A stretch of DNA of 32,000 nucleotides. Origin: Corynebacterium glutamicum ATCC 13032 (lineage in GTDB: Bacteria; Actinomycetota; Actinomycetes; Mycobacteriales; Mycobacteriaceae). The notes under the pieces are model-generated. The model was not told the DNA's origin. It saw only the letters and a program-made list of their open reading frames with translations, and did not search any database. This document shows, piece by piece, positions 8,772 through 16,080 of the stretch. The stretch lies in contig NC_003450.3 of NCBI RefSeq assembly GCF_000011325.1, positions 2,730,001 through 2,762,000 of the forward strand, given 5' to 3'. The number at the start of each line of letters is the position of its first letter. Position 1 is the stretch's first letter. Position numbers and translations under genes: made by a program.

Positions 8772-9557
8772 GTGGAAAAATCCAGAAAACGACTTGTGAC
8801 CATCGCAGCATCGACAATTGGGGCCGTTGCGGTGGCTGGCGGCGCTTTTTGGATCGTTGATGCTTCCATCGCTGCGCACGCGGAACGCAACTTGTCTAAA
8901 GCAGTTGCGGAATCCGCAGATCTTGAAAACGACCCGCGAGTATTCCTCGGCAGCTCCATTTACTCCACGGCGTTTTTTACCGGCAAACTCGACTCCGTAA
9001 GCATCGACATGCTGGACGTGGAAATCCCCGGCGTCGGCATGGTGAATGCACGCACAGAGGTAGAAAGCGTGGAAGTCTCACGGGATCAAATCCTCTCCGG
9101 TGACCTCGACGGCACCACTGCGGAAACCTTCACGCGCACATTACGCATGGACGGCGTCGCAATCGGCGCGCAGCTCGGAATCACCGACCTCGACATCTCC
9201 CACCCCATCGACATCTCCCCCTCCGGCGGCATCACCTCAGAAGCGCTCCTGACAGGAACCCCACCAGACATGGAAGACCCGGTCAGTGTGCTGGTCACCC
9301 TTCGCCTAGTCGGCTCAGAATTCCAGATGCTGCCGTACGAGCTTATCGACGCACCCTCCGGACTCACCCTCGACGATGTCGCCCCCGACTTCACGTGGAA
9401 AATCGACACCCTGCAACTACCCCTCGCAGATCGGGCAATGGCGGTTTACCTATCTGGTGGCTCCGTCCATTTCCAATCTGAAGCCCGCAACGTCCAGCTC
9501 ACCACCCGCGAACTATCACCACTAGCTGCACCGGAAGAAAACTCCGATGAATCCTAG
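8772..9557 (+). CDS. DUF2993 / LmeA-like membrane-anchored envelope protein
   Basis: 261-aa ORF with a GTG start. A basic N-terminus (KSRKR) is followed by one TM helix (LVTIAASTIGAVAVAGGAFWIV). The pattern DPRVFLGSSIYSTAFFTGKLDSVSIDMLDVEIPG resembles DUF2993. A homologue sits near mshD in mycobacteria (Rv0817c, from memory). Confidence 0.5.
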   Translation: MEKSRKRLVTIAASTIGAVAVAGGAFWIVDASIAAHAERNLSKAVAESADLENDPRVFLGSSIYSTAFFTGKLDSVSIDMLDVEIPGVGMVNARTEVESVEVSRDQILSGDLDGTTAETFTRTLRMDGVAIGAQLGITDLDISHPIDISPSGGITSEALLTGTPPDMEDPVSVLVTLRLVGSEFQMLPYELIDAPSGLTLDDVAPDFTWKIDTLQLPLADRAMAVYLSGGSVHFQSEARNVQLTTRELSPLAAPEENSDES

Positions 9558-10672
9558 ATGCCAAACGTGCGCACCCGGAGGAAATCACGGACGTGCTTAA
9601 ACAAATGGACAGCCCAATTCATGATCGGCGGTGTCGGATGCGTCTTCGGCGCATACACTCGCACCGCATCAGTGATTGATTCCAACACCACCTTTGTTGG
9701 TTTGCCTTCATACTCACCATCAACTTGGAAACGCTGATCGCTGTCGCACGTGAGCGTTACTTTCTCCGCATCATCAAAAGCAATGGTGCGCTTAGCGATC
9801 AACTTCTCCAACTTCCGACCATGCCCCACGCCAATCAGGTGCATCATCGCTGCCACTCCCCCGAATCCTCGCACACTAGTCAAGCCAAAAAGCCCCAGAC
9901 CTGTGTCAAAAGAATTCTGCGGATTTGTCACCACAGGAAGCGGACCCAAAAAAGTCCACGGATTGGTATTCGAGGCAAGCAGCATTGGCACTTCCTCTTT
10001 TTGCAATTTGTGCCCTTTGCTGTCCACCGCCTCCACGGTAATTTTCGGTGGCTTAATCTGAGTTTTCACCCACGCCCGAAGACTCACCTGCAGATACAAC
10101 AACGGTGAAGCCGCAAAGCCGAAAGATCTCGCCCGTTCGACCCTGGCAATAACATCCGCATCAATACCAAACCCAGCATTAACCGCGAACCAACGAGTCC
10201 CCTGATCATCACCCTTCCACGTACCCAAGGTGATAGTTCTGGTGTGGTTCTTCCGAATCAACTCCACCAGGGCATCAGCGGCAGCATACGGGTCAGTGGG
10301 GTAACCAAGCGCACGGGCAAACACATTGGCAGACCCCGTTGGCAACACCGCAATCGCCGGCAAATCCTCAAGGTTTCTAAAATCACCTTCCGCCGACCCA
10401 AGTAACCCATTTATCACTTCGTTGACGGTGCCGTCCCCACCCGCGGGGATAATCACATCAAAATCATCCACCGTCAAACCCGCAACCATTTCCTCCGCAT
10501 GGCCTCCATAGTGCGTAAACCTCGCTTCAAGCGACACACCATCAAGCGCCATCAACGCAGGCACCACACGACGGAAAAGTTTCTGCGTCTGCGTGGTCGA
10601 CTCAGGATTCGCAATCAGAAGAACATGCACGTTATCTAAGAGTAGTGCCAAAACGCTAGTCTTGAGTGTCAT
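9554..10672 (-). CDS. diacylglycerol/lipid kinase family protein (DAGK_cat; Rv2252-like)
   Basis: The GGDGTVNEV catalytic motif and the LLIANPEST N-terminal strand are present. The start is placed at MTLKTSVLALL (ATG, complement of 10670-10672). The track ORF extends to 10801 but would overlap the divergent gene by 130 bp. Confidence 0.8.
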   Translation of the reverse strand: MTLKTSVLALLLDNVHVLLIANPESTTQTQKLFRRVVPALMALDGVSLEARFTHYGGHAEEMVAGLTVDDFDVIIPAGGDGTVNEVINGLLGSAEGDFRNLEDLPAIAVLPTGSANVFARALGYPTDPYAAADALVELIRKNHTRTITLGTWKGDDQGTRWFAVNAGFGIDADVIARVERARSFGFAASPLLYLQVSLRAWVKTQIKPPKITVEAVDSKGHKLQKEEVPMLLASNTNPWTFLGPLPVVTNPQNSFDTGLGLFGLTSVRGFGGVAAMMHLIGVGHGRKLEKLIAKRTIAFDDAEKVTLTCDSDQRFQVDGEYEGKPTKVVLESITDAVRVYAPKTHPTPPIMNWAVHLFKHVRDFLRVRTFGI

Positions 10673-11360
10673 GAGCGAAAATTCCACCCCTAATAATCCA
10701 GTCGTCCCAGGTGCAGGCGCAGACGGCCCATCACTGTCCGATTCTGCAAGCATCAGCGGATCCGACGCAGTAAACCTCGCTGCCGAACAATCCAAGAGCA
10801 CCGCTCACCGCAACATCCCAGGCCTAGGTGACCTTCCTATCCCTGACGACACCGCTAACCTCCGCGAAGGCCCCAACCTCCACGACGGACTCCTCGCGCT
10901 CCTCCCTCTCGTCGGCGTCTGGCGCGGCGAAGGCCAAGCCGACACCGCAGAAGACGGACAATACGCATTCGGCCAGCAAATCACCTTCGCCCACGACGGT
11001 GAAAACTACCTCTCCTTCGAATCCCGCATGTGGAAACTCGACGAAGAAGGAAACCCCACCGGCGTCGACCAGCGCGAATCCGGCTTCTGGCGCATCAATC
11101 TCAAAGATGAAATCGAATTCGTCTGCACCCACGCCGGCGGAGTTGTAGAAATCTACTACGGCCAGCCACTCAATGAGCGCGCCTGGCAGCTTGAATCCGC
11201 ATCTACCATGGTCACCGCCACCGGCCCATCCACCCTTGGACCAGGAAAGCGTCTCTACGGACTGCTTCCAACCAACGAACTCGGCTGGGTTGATGAGCGT
11301 CTCGTTGGCGACGCCCTCAAGCCACGCATGTCCGCACAGCTCACCCGCGTGATCGGCTAG
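10671..11360 (+). CDS. nitrobindin / FABP-like heme-binding beta-barrel protein (UPF0678; Rv0813c-like)
   Basis: The conserved core DTANLREGPNLHDGLLALLPLVGVWRGEG and C-terminal LSAQLTRV are present. The start is placed at MSENSTPNN (ATG 10671). Confidence 0.75.
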   Translation: MSENSTPNNPVVPGAGADGPSLSDSASISGSDAVNLAAEQSKSTAHRNIPGLGDLPIPDDTANLREGPNLHDGLLALLPLVGVWRGEGQADTAEDGQYAFGQQITFAHDGENYLSFESRMWKLDEEGNPTGVDQRESGFWRINLKDEIEFVCTHAGGVVEIYYGQPLNERAWQLESASTMVTATGPSTLGPGKRLYGLLPTNELGWVDERLVGDALKPRMSAQLTRVIG

Positions 11361-11380
11361 TTTTTTCTAGTTCACCGTCA

Positions 11381-11432
11381 CAGGCGACCAACAGGCTCGA
11401 ATTTTAGGAGCGGTTGGTCGCCTGTTTTGTTT
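11381..11432 (+). terminator. intrinsic terminator of the nitrobindin-like gene
   Basis: A 12-bp perfect stem, CAGGCGACCAAC (11381-11392) / GTTGGTCGCCTG (11413-11424), is followed by TTTTGTTT. Confidence 0.85.
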
Positions 11433-11633
11433 CTTAAGTTCGATACCGCACTAGCGGGTTCACATTTCCAATATCGCAAGCTCAATTTCTCAACTCCAAT
11501 TTCCGTCCACTTTTGGCGTTTTCCTAGTGGTATCAAATATGCGAAATTGAGTACAAGAAACCGCTGATGCGAAATCGTTAGTGTGAAATCGAACTTAGCG
11601 CCCAAAGCACCCAGCAAGTCCCAGCGCCAGCCT

Positions 11634-12578
11634 CTACCCCAGAGCTTTGGTAATCAGCGCCTTGATTTCTTTTTCATTGTCTGGTTTCCGTAATTTGTGT
11701 CCATCGAGCCTGGTCACCCGAACTGGTCCGCGGACGGAGGACACTAGCCACACGCTGTCGGCTCCGAAAAGATCGTCAATGCTTAAGTCTTTTTCTTTAC
11801 ATCGCCATCCTTTTTCGGTTGCGTGTGCAAAGAGTGCTGCTTGGGTGGTTCCGGGGAGAATGTCGCCACCGGGTGAAGGGGTGCGGATTTTGTCGCCTTT
11901 GAAACTCACTACGGTGGAGGTGGCGCCTTCTAGAACGCGGTCGCCATCGGTGAAGATCACATCGTCGAATCCGTTTGATTTGGCGTAGCGCAGGGCTGCC
12001 ATGTTTGCTGCGTAGGCTAGTGTTTTGGCGCCGACTGTCAGCCATGGTGCGGGGGTTCGTTCCACTTTAGATAGCTCGCCTCGGGTGGCTTTTCCGATTC
12101 CGGGGAGGCCGGTGTCGATGGAATATCCTCTTGAACTGGTCATGACCGATACACCGTGTTCACGTTGCGCCAGTTTGTCGGAGGAGACTGGGGTGATGGT
12201 TAACCATCCTGAGGCCAGCCCCGTGGAGGAACGACCTCGGCTGAGCGTCCAGGTGCATGAGGCCTCGCCTGCGTTGGGGTGGGAGTACCAGGATTCGATG
12301 CCCATTTGGGTGGCTTTTTCCCAGTCTTCCAGGATCGGCTCTGGCAGTCCCAATAGTGCTGCCGATGCTTTGAAGCGTTCTCCGTGTCGGCGCACGTTGC
12401 AGGCATGTCCGTCGCGGATGAGGAGTGTTTCAAAGATGCCATCGCCTCGGGTTAAGGCTGCATCGTCCCAAAAAACCATTGGTAGGTTGGGGTTTTGTTG
12501 CCGGATGGACCCGCCGTAGGGTTCGACAATTAAGATCACCGGCGTCGGTGCAGACTTTATTTGTGGTTCAAGCGCCAT
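11634..12578 (-). CDS. class IV (fold type IV) aminotransferase / aminodeoxychorismate lyase-like protein
   Basis: 314-aa ORF with GDGIFETLLIRDG and LEGATSTVV motifs, typical of the BCAT/DAAT/PabC family. Its position matches Rv0812. Confidence 0.75.
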   Translation of the reverse strand: MALEPQIKSAPTPVILIVEPYGGSIRQQNPNLPMVFWDDAALTRGDGIFETLLIRDGHACNVRRHGERFKASAALLGLPEPILEDWEKATQMGIESWYSHPNAGEASCTWTLSRGRSSTGLASGWLTITPVSSDKLAQREHGVSVMTSSRGYSIDTGLPGIGKATRGELSKVERTPAPWLTVGAKTLAYAANMAALRYAKSNGFDDVIFTDGDRVLEGATSTVVSFKGDKIRTPSPGGDILPGTTQAALFAHATEKGWRCKEKDLSIDDLFGADSVWLVSSVRGPVRVTRLDGHKLRKPDNEKEIKALITKALG

Positions 12579-12685
12579 AACGCCTGATTATGCACGGTTA
12601 AGGCGCATCTCGCTCACTGGTGCTAACCACTTGCGCTTTTGGAAGGAATAACCCTTCCTGTCAGATTGTGGGTACTATCGAAGAC

Positions 12686-13789
12686 GTGGCTAACGAACAA
12701 ATCGAGGTCGCGAACAACACTGATCAGATTCCTGCAGGATACAAGTCCCCTCTTCTTTCTAGAAGTGGTGCGGCAGAAGCGCAGGGCGCTGCTGCTCAAG
12801 CAGGTACTGAAGGTGTCGCGTGGCATTACGGTTCCCCTCTCGTCGAGCAACGCATCTTCGAAACTGGCACGGGCTTAGTTGACCGTTCTAATCGCAAGGT
12901 GATCAAAGTCGAAGGGCCTGATGCCCCCACGTTCCTCAATAATATTTTGTCCCAAAAGGTTGATTCCGTTGAAAACGGCTTTACTGCCGGTGCCCTGGAT
13001 TTGGATGCGCAGGGTCGTATTCAACACACAATGCAGGTAACTGTCGTCGATGGGGTTTTCTACCTCGACACGTCCGCGGCGGAGTTTGATACCCTCATCG
13101 GTTTCTTGACCAAGATGATTTTCTGGTCGGAAGTCACCGTCCAGGAAGCCGATCTGGCGATCATCACTCTGCTCGGCCAGGAAATTGCCCTTCCGGACGC
13201 GGTCTTTGCCCGTAGGGTCGATTGGAATGGGCCATCGCGTATCGACGTCGCCATCCGGCGTGAAAACCTGGAGGAGGGCGTCGACAAGCTCTTAGAAGCT
13301 GGCGCAAAGCTCACCGGTCTCATGGCTTACACGGCCGAGCGCGTGAAGGCGTTGGAGCCCGCTGCGGGCGTGGATTTGGATGATAAGACCATTCCCCATG
13401 AAATCCCCCATTGGATTGGCCGTGGCGAACATTTAGGCGCTGTGCATTTGACCAAGGGTTGCTACCGCGGGCAGGAAACTGTCGCGCGCGTTGATAATCT
13501 TGGGCGTTCCCCGCGCGTGCTGGTTCTGCTTCATCTTGACGGTTCCGCACCGCTGGATCCTGTGACTGGCGCTGAAATCAAGGCCGGTGCGCGCACCGTT
13601 GGTCGTCTGGGCACCGTTGTCCATGACGCCGATTACGGGCCGATCGCTCTCGGGCTGGTTAAGCGCAGCGCTTTGGATAAAGAACTTCACATCGATGATG
13701 TCTCTGTAAACGTCGACCGCGATCTGCTTCCTGCGGAGGAAAGTGAACAACGCGGACGCGCAGCGATCAATAAGCTCAAGGGTCTTTAA
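12686..13789 (+). CDS. ygfZ: YgfZ/GcvT-like folate-binding protein
   Basis: The YgfZ signature KGCYRGQE and a GcvT-like fold are present. The start is uncertain. GTG 12686 is preceded by TACTAT plus 7 nt, so it could be leaderless. The longest ORF starts at GTG 12620. Confidence 0.75.
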   Translation: MANEQIEVANNTDQIPAGYKSPLLSRSGAAEAQGAAAQAGTEGVAWHYGSPLVEQRIFETGTGLVDRSNRKVIKVEGPDAPTFLNNILSQKVDSVENGFTAGALDLDAQGRIQHTMQVTVVDGVFYLDTSAAEFDTLIGFLTKMIFWSEVTVQEADLAIITLLGQEIALPDAVFARRVDWNGPSRIDVAIRRENLEEGVDKLLEAGAKLTGLMAYTAERVKALEPAAGVDLDDKTIPHEIPHWIGRGEHLGAVHLTKGCYRGQETVARVDNLGRSPRVLVLLHLDGSAPLDPVTGAEIKAGARTVGRLGTVVHDADYGPIALGLVKRSALDKELHIDDVSVNVDRDLLPAEESEQRGRAAINKLKGL

Positions 13790-13813
13790 CTAAAACGATT
13801 TATAGCGAAATTT

Positions 13814-13860
13814 AGGCGATTTTTAAACGATACGAAAATCGCCTACTTTGGCATTTTATT
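13814..13860 (+). terminator. intrinsic terminator of ygfZ
   Basis: A 10-bp perfect stem, AGGCGATTTT (13814-13823) / AAAATCGCCT (13835-13844), is followed by a T-rich tail (actttggcattttatttt). Confidence 0.6.
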
Positions 13861-14010
13861 TTCATGAACACGCAGGTCAAGGGTTAGTTGCAGAAATTTT
13901 CCGAATAACAGGCTATTGTGTCTATCAGGAATACAGTTAATACATCTTGAAAAGCCCATGGGCCATCCGAATTCCCAGGATCGGCCCGCTCACTCCAAGG
14001 GGGTCAGGCA

Positions 14011-14226
14011 ATGGGTCGCGGTCGCGCGAAGGCAAAACAGACCAAAGTTGCTCGCCAGTTGAAGTACAGCTCTCCAGACATGGATCTCGATTCGCTGCAG
14101 CGGGAGCTGGCTAACCAGTCTCCTAGGCGTTCCTACTCCGATACCCCTGATGATGAGGACCAGTACGCAGAGTATGCGGACTGGGATGAGGACGACACCG
14201 ACAATCGTGCCTACGGCACAAACTGA
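14011..14226 (+). CDS. DUF3073 small conserved actinobacterial protein (Rv0810c-like)
   Basis: 71-aa ORF with a strong SD (AAGGGGG) 8 nt upstream. The N-terminus is very basic (MGRGRAKAKQTKVARQLKY) and the C-terminus is acidic (DDEDQYAEYADWDEDDTD). Confidence 0.8.
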   Translation: MGRGRAKAKQTKVARQLKYSSPDMDLDSLQRELANQSPRRSYSDTPDDEDQYAEYADWDEDDTDNRAYGTN

Positions 14227-14816
14227 TTTCGTGTGTCCTTAACTCTTCCGAGTTGAGAACCTCAAACCCATCAATTAGGTGGCTTTGCGACCGTTTCAAG
14301 GTGTCACATTCACCTCCAACGGTCCTTATCCCGTTCAACCACTACCGTAGAAGACGGCGCAAGGTTTGACGCGGACAAGTCCCAGGAGTACTTTCCCTCT
14401 GTGTTCCCGCACTCCCAGGATTTCAGCCCGTGGCAGATCTAGTGCCGTCTTTTGCGTGCCTGGGGCTGGTGCGAGACTTTAGTTTCCCGGCTCACGCCTG
14501 TCGCGGCCAGGATTTAAGCGATCTAGGTGCTCCACTTCGGGGACTTGCAAAAATTCGTCAAAGTATCAAATTTGAAGCCTGAAAGTGGTCGAAAATTTGC
14601 GCGGAACTGACTAGATTATGCAAAAATCCGTCCGATTTAGGGCTTCACGTGTCCTACATGGTCGGATTCTTGATCAGGGATCTCACAGGGACAAAATCAG
14701 GGCTGTGCATGCACAATTGATGATGTTTTGTAGGCCTCTCTAACGGCTTCAAACCTCGCTTTACATCCAATCCACTCATGAGACAATTCCATCCTCTTAA
14801 AATGCCCCATTTCACT

Positions 14817-14854
14817 GCAAAAGCCGGCCCGCACAATTAAGTGCAAGGCCGGCT
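14817..14854 (-). terminator. intrinsic terminator of purF-purM
   Basis: A stem, AGCCGGCC (14822-14829) / GGCCGGCT (14847-14854), lies 25 nt after the purM stop. It is followed on the minus strand by TTTTGC. Confidence 0.75.
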
Positions 14855-14878
14855 AATTCTTAGAGCAGACAGTTGGGC

Positions 14879-15955
14879 TTAGTAGCCAGGGTGCTCGCCG
14901 TTGAGGATCACGCGAGGCTCTCCCTCTTCACCGTTGCGTACGGTTCCGATTTCCCAGCAGTCAATGTGACGTGCGGTGAGCATTGCCAGGGCGCGGTCGC
15001 GGTCCTTTTCAGCAACGACTGCAACCATGCCGACACCCATGTTGAAGGTCTTTTCCATTTCTTCGCGGGAAACCTTGCCCACAGAGGAGATGGTGCGGAA
15101 GATTTGGCCTGGGGTCCAAGTTGCTCGGGACATTTCTGCGACGAGCCCTTCTGGGACAACCCGCTCGAGGTTGCCTGCGAGGCCGCCGCCGGTGACGTGG
15201 CAGAAGGTGTGAACTTCGCACTCTGCGATCAGTGCCAGGCAGTCCTTGGCGTAGATGCGGGTTGGCTCGAGAAGTTCTTCACCGAGGGTGCGTCCGAGTT
15301 CTTCGATGTGTCCGTCAAGCGCCAGGCCTGCCTTTTCCAGGAGGACGTGGCGAGCCAGGGAGTAACCGTTGGAGTGCAGACCGGAGGAAGCCATGCCGAT
15401 GAGGACGTCGCCTGCGCGGACGCGGTCTGGTCCTAGCAGTTCATCTGCTTCGACAACGCCGACTGCAGTTGCGGAGACATCGTAGTGGTCTGGTTCCATA
15501 ACACCTGGGTGTTCTGCGGTTTCGCCACCGAGCAGAGCACAGCCTGCCTGGACACAGCCTTCTGCGATACCGGAGACGATCTCAGCAACGTGCTCTGGGA
15601 CAACCTTGCCGATGGCGATGTAGTCCTGGAGGAACAGTGGCTCTGCGCCGGTGACAACGAGGTCATCCACACACATTGCAACAAGGTCGATGCCGATGGT
15701 GTCGTGCTTGTCCATCATCTGGGCGATGACAAGCTTGGTGCCGACTCCGTCAGATCCTGCTGCGAGGATTGGCTTCTTGTATTTTCCGAGCTCAAAGAGT
15801 CCTGCGAAGCCTCCGAGGTTGCCAAGAACCTCTGGGCGGGTGGCGCGCTTGGCCATTGGTGCAAAGAGTTCGACGGCACGATCGCCGGCTTCGATGTCGA
15901 CTCCTGCTGCTGCGTATGAAACGCCTTCGGCGGTGGTGTCCTGGTGATCACTCAT
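14879..15955 (-). CDS. purM: phosphoribosylformylglycinamidine cyclo-ligase (AIR synthetase) PurM
   Basis: The sequence YAAAGVDIEAGDRAVE...DGVGTKL is typical of PurM. The start is set at MSDHQDTT (complement of 15953-15955), with a GGAGAAG SD upstream. The track ORF extends to 16051. Confidence 0.92.
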   Translation of the reverse strand: MSDHQDTTAEGVSYAAAGVDIEAGDRAVELFAPMAKRATRPEVLGNLGGFAGLFELGKYKKPILAAGSDGVGTKLVIAQMMDKHDTIGIDLVAMCVDDLVVTGAEPLFLQDYIAIGKVVPEHVAEIVSGIAEGCVQAGCALLGGETAEHPGVMEPDHYDVSATAVGVVEADELLGPDRVRAGDVLIGMASSGLHSNGYSLARHVLLEKAGLALDGHIEELGRTLGEELLEPTRIYAKDCLALIAECEVHTFCHVTGGGLAGNLERVVPEGLVAEMSRATWTPGQIFRTISSVGKVSREEMEKTFNMGVGMVAVVAEKDRDRALAMLTARHIDCWEIGTVRNGEEGEPRVILNGEHPGY

Positions 15956-16080
15956 CGTGTACTTCGCTTCTCCTGCTGGGGTTTGGAACTTATTAGGAAC
16001 ATAACTGTCTAAAAGTGCGCGGGACAACCCCCACGCATACGGGGAGAGCAAAAATGCTCAACCCCTATCGCCTACCGATC

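Noticed and set aside
11378-11617. 79-aa minus-strand ORF in the convergent gap
   Set aside because: It runs straight through the strong plus-strand terminator hairpin (11381-11424), and it has no SD and no recognisable features.
14654-14836. 60-aa minus-strand ORF downstream of purM, and a 50-codon plus-strand GTG ORF starting at 14430
   Set aside because: The first starts inside the purM terminator hairpin and has poor start context. The second has only a weak AGGA 10 nt upstream and an odd composition. Both are kept only as part of the unexplained-intergenic finding.
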